Shown here: positions 1 to 12,560 of the stretch, piece by piece | How positions within the stretch are numbered: the stretch's first letter is position 1 | Layout of the letters: every line of letters begins with the position of its first letter | Position numbers and translations under genes: made by a program | Notes under the pieces: generated by a model | Databases searched by the model: none | What the model was told of the DNA's origin: nothing | Seen by the model: only the letters and a program-made list of their open reading frames with translations | DNA from: Phoronis australis | Taxonomy: Eukaryota > Animalia > Phoronida | Assembly: GCA_002633005.1 (NCBI GenBank) | Contig: NMRA01000087.1 | Span: forward strand, 563,393-627,392 | Length of the DNA: 64,000 nucleotides | Direction of reading: 5' to 3'

Positions 1-1127
1 GTAGATGAAGCCTCTACTGCCGACTTCAATAGGGAACAGGTCCAAGATTAGACTTAAAAGTCTAAGATTTGTCTTAACTTCCAAACTCAGAAACTTCCAC
101 ATCCGTCAAGATAGTCAAAATTAAGACAAAACTTATATAGAAAACATAAGTCAAACTTCAGCTCTCTTTCTTGAAACGGTCTTGAGACAAATGTAAGTTT
201 TATTTTGAAATTTACTAAAATTTAAGATTTGTCCTAGCTAAGTCAGTTTTGCTGGAACCGGCCCCTGTTTGCCATCCTGCATTTTTACATTCTTCGACGA
301 GATTTGTGTATTTCGTTTTTTGTCGCAGGTGTGCCGATTCCATATTGTTTTCTGCTGGTATTGTAAGTTCTATTGTACATTTGTGCGAACTCAAGATAAA
401 TGTCCAGTTTTCTATGTTTGAAAAATCTGTCTAATCCTAGGTTGCTCGTGATGACCCCAGCATTAGGCCTAAGGACGAAATTTCGAGTCTGAACTCAAAA
501 TTTCGAGTTTTTACTTGAAATTTCGAGGTATTACTCGAGCATGTTCCTATTTAGGGGTCATCTAATGCGAATTTGGACTAGTTACTCATATAATATAAAC
601 CATAACGCACTTAAGCACAGAATAGACACGTATCAGTCTTGAGTTCCCACAGAAGTAGTGTGCGTGGCCAAATCCTTACATCTTACATTCTTGGCATTAT
701 GAGTACACGTTTCTACAAAGTTTAAAATACTAAAATCAAATACGTACGTATACATAAACTTTGTAAAACTGTCAGTCTGTATAGTGTTTAAAACTCAGCA
801 GACTACGTCAATAAAAGTTTTATCGAAACAGAGTAATTTTTTTTAATTTGAGAGGACTGTGTACTATGCAAAACCAGGCTATATTACCGTTATTCAGAGT
901 GGTTCTCTGCCACTGAAACAGAAGTCAGCCTTTTGTGGAATATTCGTAGTGAAGATTTTCAATTTCTTTTAGTTTCAAATTTCAGAAAAGGTCTGTCAAC
1001 TACTCTTTCCTTCGTCGATTTTCCCCCACAGGGGAAAACACGCCTTCTTATTTGGTATGGCGAGACACAGAATTCTATGGATTAAGAAGTGCAACCTTTG
1101 CAGCCTGCAGAGGTCTTAAGAATAGAC

Positions 1128-1825
1128 AAGACAATATCTTTTTACCAAATATTCCAAGTTATATTCATAAAATTTTGCATAATAAATCACTTCAGACAGC
1201 TTTTAAATATAAAAACAAGTGGTCATCTGAGATAGATATAAACGGTGTTATAAACAATGTAAATTTAGTGAGTCTGATACATGGTGGAGAAAAGTAAATA
1301 AACTCCCCTTCAATTGTACCAAAGATACAAAATTGCGTTGTTTTCAATACCATTTAATTCACAGAATATTGCCAACCAATAATTATTTGCATAAAATTAA
1401 AATGAAAACAAGTGATTTTTGCTCTTTCTGTGGTGAACACAGTGAAACTTTTCTCCATCTGTTTTGGGAATGTTGTCTTGTCTCCGGTTTCTGGCTCCTG
1501 TTTGCTGAGTGGTTAAAACAAATATATCATGCAAATTGTCAGGTGGACAAACTAACAGTGTTTTTTTGATTTTTTGAGAAACATTCAGTCGGAAAATTGT
1601 AACATTAATCTGTTGATCATGCTAGAAAAATTACATATTTAGCTAAAAGTTTGTTAAAACAAATCTAAATTTCCAAATGTTCATAAACTTTATTAAATTA
1701 CATCCAGAAGAAAATGCGGTACTTGTTGACCAGTGGTTTATGTAATTCTTTGTAAATGATGTATATTGTGTTGTTTTATGTGACATGTAATTATCATGCT
1801 AGAGCAAAATAAAAATATGAAAAAG
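1128..1825 (+). mobile_element. 5'-truncated Tx1/L1-clade LINE remnant (3' end of ORF2 with zf-RVT)
   Basis: Frame 1333-1569 reads LRCFQYHLIHRILPTNNYLHKIKMKTSDFCSFCGEHSETFLHLFWEC, the typical ORF2 C-terminal CxxC...HxxxxC motif. AATAAA and an A-rich tail follow near 1808-1825. The 5' boundary is uncertain. Confidence 0.8.
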
Positions 1826-4476
1826 ACATAGACGTAGCACATTTCCCTTATATGGAAAATGTGACCTATGACCTTAGATGTAAACGAAACAATGGCGACT
1901 TCAAGCAGCATCCAGTCCGATTAAAAGGCAACTGATGGAAGTCGTAGCTGTTTAGAAATAATTATAAAGATATGGCAGTAATCAAATATACTCCATAATG
2001 CACTAGATTTTTTGTGAGAAATCGATTGCTTCGATGGCTTGGCTCATACTGTGGTGTCGATTTCTCATGATAGTCTGACGTTAATTTCCATCTGATCAGT
2101 CAGCTGTTTGTCGAATGACTGTGAGCGCATGCGTGCGTTTATTGGGATGGAGATAAAAAAGTCAGACTGGCGACTACAGATTTTTTTTCTCAGGGCATAT
2201 TTAAAAAATCGTGAACGTTGCGACCTTTTTTCTGGAAATTTCCTCACAGGTTAAAGTGAAAAACTTTTTAAAAGACGTTGCGAGATGGTACTTTTGCCAG
2301 GGACTATTTAGAAAATATTTTGACGAACTTTCACATTCCCTGACTCTTTAACATATTGAACTATCCCGGGTCATAGTAGATTGCGAAGGGTAGGGGCAAG
2401 TGTTACTGTAGGCGAACACCATTCCTATACGTTTCCGATAATATCAACTCAGTTTCATTGAATTGGTTGTTTAGCATTTTTAAGTTCGACACTTAGACTA
2501 GACTGTTCAGGTGCTTACAGTAATGTGTACAGACATCTGTTGAACTCCTAATCAGTAACTGGGTACCACTGGAATGAACCAGAGCTCAGGCACGTTATCC
2601 GATAATTTTTTGGGAGGAGGGCCAAAAACCCCACGTGGGTTTTCCCGTCAAATATCTGCTCGCATGCCTTCTGGAACTGCCTAATAAGTCCACAGAGTTA
2701 GTTAGGGGTTTCCTTGCAACTGAACAACTTGAAGGTAACTCAAAAGGTGCACTGTGTGTGACTGTATTATTTATGTTGTATTATCATGTGACGCACCGCA
2801 ATGTCAAAGTTACTCTCTCCTCGTAATCTTCAACAGTTTATTATTTCTTGGTTTACATGCTTATGTATCTACAAAAATCTGTTAATGTATTTATTCACAG
2901 ATAGAGTTTTGATAATCTAATCTTGTAAGAAATTAACGATACTGCGGTGACTGTAACGTGCAGAAGGGGGGGCTGACGCGGCGACAGCCACTGGCATCCA
3001 CAGCTCGGGGGCATCCAATCACTACTATTAAACTTTTTGAAATTGTGACTGATTTGTAGTTTAATTGAATAAAATTCCAATTTCATATTTTATCTTTTTT
3101 CACTTTTCTTAGTATTAGAATCTATGTATATGAGTAAAAAATGGGGCACCCAATAAAAATCGCGACGGTATCACCAAACCTCTGTGCGCTACTGAAGTCA
3201 AATGCAGGCTGAACATCAAAGAAAACCTCATCCGAAATCCTGAATCAGTGCACTAGATGTGTTTTGAGCATTTAAAATCACCTCAAACAAATTGGGGATT
3301 CGGTCACTTCTTTATTGTTTTCCATCAGACAGTCGTGTTCCAACAAGGGATTTCACAAGGCAATGAAAAAGGGACCCTTGAACTACCTGGCTTTTCTAGC
3401 AGGCAATCGAGCATTGCACAAATGGTGTCTACTATTCCTCTGAACCCAGTCTTACTAGTGAATGTATGCAAGGGAATGATTGAGAACCTGGATATAAAGT
3501 GAAATTGATTTCTGGGGCTGTGCTCATACTTAGTTTAGTCTACTAAAGGACATGTCATTTCTCCCCGGATTTCCGGGAATTTTGCAGCATGCAGTAGAAA
3601 TTTCTTGTGTTACTTTTATACCCCATTTGGCAATAAATGAGTTTCGTAAAAAGTACCTCTTAAAAATCAAAACCATACGCAAAACATGTAACGCACAGGA
3701 CATGTTCAAGTCTAAACGTGACCCTTGCTCGTGAAATGTTGTTGAGACAGGCATAGATACTCGGACTTCCTAGAGTTTGCCACCCAAACAACAAGGCTCG
3801 CACGCCTGTGGCGGAGGGGTGCGAAATTGGTGACAACCAGGTTGGGTGGCAGTGGTGGTGACAAGGAGGAAGGGCACTAGAGGGCACTAGTTTCACGAAT
3901 GGGTTTGTGCTCTTCCTACCCGATCATGTTAATCTTCCAACGGGCCTGGCAATCGACCCACTTTACGTCTTTTCATTGCAGTGGTGTTGCCAACTAACTT
4001 ATGCATGCACCATGCTTCTCTCTGCTGCAACACTTGGTGTTAAATCTTGGCGTACTAATTTCGGTGTTACACTTTTGAGTAAGTTCTTGACTTACACATA
4101 CACACTCACATACTGTTGCAGAACGGAACTTCGAATCTGTTTCGAACAAGGAACTCTGAATAACGCAGCAAATCTGAAAAACGTTTTTGTTTGCGAAGCC
4201 CTTTAATTGCATTCTTGAATTTTAATTTTTCTTTGCCAAAAAGCAACACAAGTACTTTGTCAAAAGTACTAAGTCATCTTTACAAACTTCTTAATTAAAT
4301 TTTTCTTCTTCATTAAGTTGCAGTTGGTGTTGTTGTTTGTACTGTGAAGCACAAGAGTGTTGAATGGCAGGAAGTTGTGGTTTGTCGTAAGCTGCGAACG
4401 AGATATGCAGTTGCCAAAAAAAATATAATTTTCTTGCATTGCGATTTGCTGTAATCATGAAAAGCAACGCATTTCT

Positions 4477-4864
4477 TTTTTTCTTTTAATAAGTTTATTT
4501 GCAGAAACTGACATTAACAATGGAATACAGTAGAAAAGAAAATAAACACAAACACATTCACTCTCACATTCACACATTCCAGCTCTGCTTGAATTTATAC
4601 TGAATGTATAAGGGTTTCAAAAATCCCAGAAAATCAGGGGGTAATTCTCTAGATTTCATACTTTTCCATGTCTTGACAGTGTCAAATAAAATTGGGTGAA
4701 ATCTCTCAAGTACAGGAATACATGAAGACTTCGAACAAGTATATATAAAGTACTGAGCTAACGTTAATATGTGATTAATTTCGTAGCCATGATCTCCGAA
4801 GTATGCAAATAGCAGGACACGCTTTTCAGCCAGTAACAGGTTATCTTCAACGACGTTTGAAATC
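4477..4864 (-). mobile_element. Short 5'-truncated LINE (Tx1/L1-like ORF2 C-terminus) with 12-bp TSD
   Basis: CAACGCATTTCT occurs at 4465-4476 and 4865-4876. There is a T-run and TTTATT at the left end, and a minus frame reads INHILTLAQYFIY. The insert is absent from the paralogous site near 29232. Confidence 0.85.
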
Positions 4865-5157
4865 CAACGCATTTCTAGTTTTCGTGACTTATAAGTTTTG
4901 AGCGCGCTTCCGTCAACACTTCTGAAGTAGTCAAGCATAATTAGATGGATCCACCTTGGAAAAAGGAAAGATCTACAACTGAGTTTAGGTAACTAGCGTC
5001 TTTACTCTAAGGTTAGGTTTTTTAGAGAATAAAGTGTATTACCTCAAAGACGGCCTGAGACCAGTCTCTCGAGAATTCAAGCAAACAAATAAGTACACCC
5101 ATTCATTCACGCATGCACACCTCAGTAGAGACCAATCTCGTATAAAGTAAAAAACTT

Positions 5158-8100
5158 CTACATGGAGTTAACGTGAACAATGAAATTTTCATATTTCGCA
5201 GAGAAGCTGTCATATACAAAGTTTTTATATGCAATTAATTTTTCAACATTGTAGTACTCATAAGTATATGTAATAAACCTGTGAAAAATAGATATATTTT
5301 TGTGACATCTCTCCTTGTAAATGTACTGTTTGGATATTAGAAACAAAATGTTAAAAAGAAAATCATGCGTCTCATAAAGTCCAAGAATAACTCGTTCGTA
5401 AGAAAGACTGCTGGGCAGCTGAATACGAGACTTTTGTATTAGCTCTTCGAATTTTTTCCAGAAATCTTGTACAAGGCGACATTCCCAAAAAAGGTGTGAC
5501 AGCGTCTCCGGAACTTTATTACAAAAGGAACATAAAATAGAATCCCGAACACTGATTTTGACTAAAAAGATATTTGTTGCAATAATCTCTGTAGTATTCT
5601 AAATTGGAACCATCTAATGTTGGGATCCTTTGTAATTTCATAAGGCAGTGCGTATATTTTCTTCCAATCTAAACTCCTAACTCTATTTCCTATTTGCACT
5701 CTGACTTAGAAGGTTTCATAACGTCATTAAAGACTGAACAAATATGTCTACAACCCTTCAAATCTTTCCGTGTGTGAGTAATTGCTAAAGGCATGCAAGG
5801 AGAGTAGACATTAACACTTTTAAATTTACTTTGAAATAGACTTAGAACGGAAACAACACCATTATATTCTACAAAGTTGGTTTTTACATCGAACTCATTT
5901 TTCATATGGTTCAAACTAACGAAATCACCATCAGAGCTATACCTATCTCTAATAAATCTTAAGCCTTTTACAAACCAAGGCTTATAAAAAAACACTTGTG
6001 CCTTCGATCGCCAAGTTACTATTAAACCGCAAAGGTTGATTCAAAAAGTCCTCCTTACTTACAACAATTATTTTCTTGTAGAAAGATGTCATACTTCAAA
6101 ATACTTCGCACCAGTAGGAACTACCAATTAGTTAACTTCGACTTAATAGAGTCATCTCCAAATGAAACAGAATTCTTTAAGAACGGGTAGAGTGAGACAG
6201 TAATTCACCACTTTTGGACGCAGGGCTTTCAAGATATCTACGGGCCATGGCGAGTTTTAAAGCTTTGCTGAAAATATGCATACTAACCATTTGAAGCCCC
6301 CCTTGATCAAGTCCTAAACAGGCCGTGGTTTGTTTAATTTTATCATTACGAGCCTGCCATACAAATCTAAAAAATGTAGTATTCAATTCATCCAAGACTT
6401 TCACTGGTGGGTTTGGTAAACTTGACAACAAAAAATAAAGTTTAGAAATAGCTAATGTTTTCATTACAGTTACTCTACCAAACGGCGTTAAATTTCGTCG
6501 ACTCCGACTATTTAATAAAAACTTATTCTAAGTTATTCTTGCAGTGAAGTTCTTATTCCTCATACTATCCAATTGAGTGTCAAAATCCACCCCCAAAAAA
6601 TCAGATTTTTTGTCCAAGACAGACTTTCTTTTGTAGGAATCACGTCATCACTACCAGTATTTCTTCCAAACCATATGGCTTTTGTTTTATCCACATTCAC
6701 TTGGAGACCGGAGACAGCAGCAAACAAATGTAATACATTCAATGTGCTAGTAAATTACAAATTCGACCTATCCAACCAGCAATATTTTTATTATTCTTGA
6801 TTAAATACGCCAAAATCTCCGCTCGCAATATGAAAATGAAGGGAGACAAAGTGTCACCTTATCTGCAGCCACGCGAAATATTGAACCAGGAAGATGGGTG
6901 ACCACTTACGACAACACAGGACTTAATATTACCAAGGACACTCCTTGATATTACGGTAAAAGACTTCCACCCACCTTCTGATAGACCAACCAAAATTAAG
7001 ATAAAATCCCACGACAATGAATCAAATGCTTTCTCAAAATCAATCAGTAAAAGCAATCCAGGTTTGTTAGCTTCCTGGGCATAAAACATTAAATCATATA
7101 GCACGTGGATATTTTCGTTCATATTTCTTACAGAAACGAAACCTATCTGGTCCTTACATATTAGTTTTTCAAAAACGGATTTCAACCGTTCAGCCACAGC
7201 CGAAGAAGCCAATTTATATTTTACATTGCGCAAGGATATGGGTCTCCAGTTTATCAAATAATGTTTACTTTTATCTGCTCCCTTAGGGATGCAGGTAATC
7301 ACTCCCTCTTTCTGTGTGGATGTTAACTCGCCAACTGCAAAACCAGTATTAAGTGAGCGAACAACGAAATGTCCAATGTCAGCCCAAAAATATTCTAAAA
7401 ATTCCACTGAAAAACCATCAGAGCCTGGGCTCTTGTTGTTTTTCATTTTTTCAAGCATCGTGTGACTTCTTCATATGTAAGAAGACCTTCTAATTTTTAT
7501 TTTTCTGTCTCATTCAGTTTGGAGACACAAACCTCATTAAGAAGAGTCTCTAAAGCAGTATTGTTAGAATGTCTATATTTGTATAGATTCTCATAAAAAG
7601 TGTTGGTTTCCTGAATAACCTCTTCTTCACTATTGGTTTTATGATTGTCAGATTTCCGCAAAAAAGGCATAAACTTACTTGTGTAAATGCCTACTTTTCA
7701 AGTGAAGAAAATATTTGGAAGATTTTTCACTCTCTTCAATCCATCTTGCTCTCGAACTAATCATATGACCTCTTAAATTGTTTTGCTTTAGCTCGGCAAG
7801 TCGATTATTTTTTGTTCCAGTAGTTCCCTGTCAAGGCTTAGACTTTTTTCCAACAAGCTTATTTCTTCGATAAGTCGCTGTTCAGCTCTATCACTTTTTC
7901 TTTTTAAGTAAGTAGCAAAGGAGATTGTTTTGTCGTGAATCTCCATCAACGTTTCAAGAAGAAGTTTATAGACAAGTGTAAATCTGAATTACTTGTACTA
8001 TCAACTGTCTGAATATCGTCCGTCATATACTGTTGTTTAACTAATTTAATAGTATCCTTGGCTGCAGCAACATACTCAGTTTTTTAGGAGAGAGTTATTA

Positions 8101-8840
8101 AACTTCCAAAATGATTTCCTCCTCCTGGAAACAGCACTTTTAAAAAAATCGTTACCATTGAATGATCGAACCGGTAACCGAATTCTATTATGAACTTTTC
8201 AATATCGGCTAAAAGGTTTTCAGAAATTAGAAAAAATAATCTAGTCTGGATCGTTTACTTCCAGCTCCCCAAATGTATTCTTTACTATTGGGGTTTAGTT
8301 CCCGCCACACATCAGCAATAGACAATTCTGTACAAATCTCCATCAACTTAATCCGTGACTTCGGGTTATTAACCTGTCGATAATTAAGCGTGTCCTCAGG
8401 CTGATCGAGAGCAAGATTAAAATCGCCTGCCCAAATAACAGAGTAATTTCCTATATCTTGAATGTCTTTTTTTATTCTTTCAAAAAAGACGGCGAGTTCC
8501 TATTTGGACAATACGTGTTGATTAACGTTATTCTTGTCTCATTAATAGTAATATCCAAAATTAGTTTATTGCCATTGAATAATGTTATATAATTTATACT
8601 CAAAAGTGTTCTTAAAGAGGATCGCCACTCCACGGGAGTTTGAGGTATTTGAACTGAAAAAACATTCACATCCCCACATTGATCTAATATTGTTTTCTTC
8701 TCTTAGTAAAGTGTGTTTCCTGTAAGCAATAAATGGAGTACTGCCTCTCTCCTAAATAATTGAGAACATTTTTTCGTTTTTCATGGAGACCTAGCCCTCT
8801 GCAGTTCCATGAAGTTACTTTTAAGTTCACCTGTCATCAT
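5158..8840 (-). pseudogene. LINE ORF2 (AP endonuclease, reverse transcriptase, zf-RVT), multiply frameshifted
   Basis: Motifs: SWNCRGL and YCLQETH (APE); KSPGSDGF, NWRPISL, DFEKAFD and RGCR (RT); CSFCNKVPETLSHLFWEC (zinc finger). Many stops and frameshifts. Confidence 0.92.
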
Positions 8841-9825
8841 TATAACGGTTATGCACATATATCAAATGACAATCAAATAATATTGGTACAATCCTGACCC
8901 ATTCACACCACATACACACAAAACAACACAAAAACAATACAAACACATTCTCAAGCACATCATAGATTTCACAGAGTACAGCATCGATGTGAAATATGAT
9001 GTGACACAGGATAGAAAACACGTGAAAACTGATCCTCATGGTAAGGATTATTCTCGCAGTATGTTTGATTATGAGACCATGATAAAAAACATTTAAAACA
9101 TTGTCCATACGGTTCTCATGCAAAAAACAAGTAGAACGAAAATTAAGGAAAGCTACATTTCAATAAAGTGACTTGATTCTATAGTATGCGTATGGGTCTT
9201 GTCGAGAGACCCGCACAGAGTAAACAGATCACACACATAAAGAAAAAGGTTGCCTGAACTTTGTACCTAGACGCAATGCAGATCCCTCTCATAAATAGCC
9301 CGCCAGATAGATTGCCCAGCATGAAGCTATGACGCTTAGACCGAAATAGAACACAGCTACAACAAAACTAAGCGACACGGTTGTCACGAACTTTGTCATA
9401 ACCTGAGTAGCAGGTATATGTTATTTGTGAAGACGACATGTTGGGCACAACGGCTTAAATTATGTTAAAACTTGAAGGAAATAGGCTAGTTATATACACA
9501 GTAATGACTACCGGAAGTACTGGAAGTATGATTGTACTGAGGTCTCTCAACAGGGTCTCAACTACCTGACATTTCTGGTACGCTACACGTGTAGTTTGGC
9601 AATTGCACATGGAGTACAAAAGCAGTTAAAAGTTAACTGGGTAGTGTGAAACATTGGAATTACCGTAAAACTCAACTTAATGGAAAAAGGAACTTAGCTG
9701 TCTTCCGTGCAGACTACAGTACATAAGTGGGTAATCGTACCAAGTGTTGAATACAAGACGTTGGAAACTATTGCACTATTGTACTATATTCTGGCTTGCA
9801 TGTATAATGTTGAGCTGAGAGAGAG

Positions 9826-10533
9826 TTAGATGTCCTGCAAATCGTCCATGATGCTCACCGGTTTAATTTCATTGGCCCAGTTCTTGTAATAAATTCTTCC
9901 ATCATATGTCCAGCAACTCTGAATCCTGGCACCTAGATCTCTACAAGCCTTGTGCAACTGTGGTCGTTTTTTTTTTGGTCAGATTCTCCTTTACGTAGAT
10001 CTTGCCGGCTTCAGTTCTCAACTTCTTTTTATTTCTCATGAATTCGGCTCTTGCGCTGTAATTCATAAATTTAACTATAATTGACCTCGCCTTGGCATTA
10101 CCTTGGATTTTTTTACCTAGGCGATGGCTGTGACATATGTCAGACTTCGCAACGGTAGCACCTTTGGTAGACCAATAACAATGTCGTCTGTGCACTCCTT
10201 TACAGATTCTGTTATTCCGCTGATTACAACGCAGTTTCGGCGGCTATACAGCTCAAGCTCATCCAAATCAGGTTCCAACCTGTGCATTTGAGAACCATTC
10301 TTGCTTCAGCTTGTCCAGTTGATTCTCAAGTGCTGTTATTTTTTGTCCATCTTTTGATCGTATTGAAGCTCGAGTGCTTTATACATTTCAGACAAACCAG
10401 CGTCAATTAAGGGCTATTTGTTTGTAAACAGTGACTGGATATCTGAGTCCATGAGTGTCTCTTTTAGTTGATCTTTCAATGACCGAGTCTTCTTGGTGAC
10501 ATTTTGTCCCTTGCCTGTCAATATGGCGTCCAT
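9826..10533 (-). pseudogene. LINE ORF1 (coiled coil plus RRM-like L1 ORF1 domain), disrupted
   Basis: Fragments ELELYSRRNCVVISGI, DICHSHRLGKK...RSIIVKF, IYVKENLT and CWTYDGRI are typical LINE ORF1 motifs. Confidence 0.8.
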
Positions 10534-11289
10534 TGTCGGTTGCTTCAGGGTTTTTTTTGACGTCGAAGCTCGGACTTCACCAAAGATCCAGCTTGGTGTT
10601 CTTTTCTGCCACTCGTTGGGGTCTGGTCGTTATTCCTAACCATGTGAGATGGATTAATGTTGGTTCTGTCCTCAAACCATATAGATTTAGTTATTGTTAG
10701 ATGGGAGAGTCCGCACAAGTCAGAAAACAAACCTCACCGCCATTAGGGTCACATGCTTGCCAAGATTAGGTTTTGATATGATTATGAAAAATATTATGGT
10801 ACTGCGACCCTGATATTCAGGTGAATCGACGTGAAACTTTTTACCTCATCTGTCATGCCTTGACATGCCACCATATTTCGAAATCTTGTAATTTGAATTT
10901 GACTGATGTGTAATAAAAATGTCTTGCGCAACAAATATACAATGTACATGTATATATTTTAAGAAACGATCAACTCTTCTTCCGAAGAATTGTTTGTTTG
11001 GTCCTTTTAAAGGGCCGTTGTGGGGGGTGCAGTGGTTTGGTCGCGAGTCCGTTTCAAGATACATCAGGACAAGTTAGACCTACACTAAGAATGAACCCAG
11101 GAGGCGCTCACATTGACAAGGTGACCGCATTCGTTAACAGTGTATTTCTCAGCCTTGAGTAACTTACGCGGTGTACAATAGAAATCCTAAAGTGCCTGGG
11201 TTCTGACCTCAACACTGACCGTCTTCCTACCCGCAATGAGCATCACTGCTACCTTCTATACCGCGCAGAGGCCCACCCGATCAAACGTC

Positions 11290-12560
11290 TATGGACGTCT
11301 ACTTTGTGTTACAAATTCAGGCTTCGAGTGTTCAGATATTGGGACGTTTATCCAGAAAATTGCCACAGATGCAAATAGGTCTTGGGATACATAGTCTTCG
11401 ACGAAAGCGCAAGATCTGAAGCAGTCCATGATGAACGGGTCAAATATAGCTGCGCTTTTAACCCTTTTGAATGGACTTGAAAACCTCAAGGGGTTTAATG
11501 CCGAGCTGCAAAACCGAGATGCTGACGTTGCAGAGACTTACAAGCTCATTAACACTGCGATTGACGAAGTGCAAGCAATCAGAACAAGCATCGATGATCT
11601 ATGTCTGGGTTGAATGGTTCCAAGACGCGCAAACGATAGCTGAGAACATTGGATCCGATATCCAGATTCCTGGGCTGTCCAGACACCGAAAGTAGAGGGC
11701 TAACGCTCTTGAAGAAACATTCAGGTATTAAGTTAAAACTCTACAGGTTTTGTACATAATGTTGGTTTTCTGAATTACTTTCAACTTCGCTGCTTGTATA
11801 CAGTGAAAACGAAATAGAAATTATTTTAGAACATAACAGTGATTGGCCCAGTAAAGCAAAGGGTCCATGAGCGCACAGAAACTGATTCTAGTTTGTATTT
11901 CCACTTGGCTCTTTATCTGCTTTATGACCAAAATCTATGTCGCATAGGGCATAGTTAAATTTGTTGTCAATAGAAGAACAGTGGAAATACCCTTCCTGGC
12001 AGGTAGAACAGGTATTTCTTGTGCCATTAGCAGGATGAGGGATGCAGACGTAGGCTCACTGCAGGATCGGATGCATTTCTGGGAGTAGACTTGCCATCAC
12101 CAGATTTTCTGAAGGTGACTGACCTCCTTCTGATTGTCGTTGAGTCTTCTCATAAATTACCAATTGCCCTATGCAATAGTAGAAAGATAAATAGTAATCA
12201 AAATCTTTTGCTTTTATTTCAACGAGAGCTCCTACGCTGTCGTCCTTCTGAAATGTTCAAAGTCAAGAGTAACTTAAGTTCCACACTCAAACACGCACTC
12301 GGACGGCGACATCTTCCCACACGCAAGAGAGAGGATATTGATAGGACGTGTATCCCTTATTGGATCCTGTGAGGCAGAAAGATCATTTTCTGTGCTCAGG
12401 CGTGTGAAGACACATTTGAGGGCTACTATGTCTGAGGAAAGGCTTGCTGGGTTATCACTGATGACCATGCATTAGAAAAAACTAAAAGACTGGACACGTT
12501 ACCGACAGTTATCCTGAACAACCCAAGGCATGCTTTCTACAAGTGTATCTTGTTTGACTG
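11290..12560 (+). pseudogene. hAT transposase remnant (THAP12/ZMYM1-like) with hAT C-terminal dimerisation motif
   Basis: CEAERSFSVLRRVKTHLRATMSEERLAGLSLMTMH at ~12368-12472. Upstream LQNRDAD...EWFQDAQTIAENIG fragments. Confidence 0.85.

Larger units (their letters stand above)
5022..10761 (-). mobile_element. Full-length degenerate Tx1/L1-clade non-LTR retrotransposon (~5.7 kb)
   Basis: ORF1, ~1 kb spacer and ORF2 (APE-RT-zf) in order. Near-identical flanks AAGGTTAGGTTTT (5009-5021) and AAGATTAGGTTTT (10762-10774) form a probable TSD. Absent from the paralogous hAT near 29383. Confidence 0.9.
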
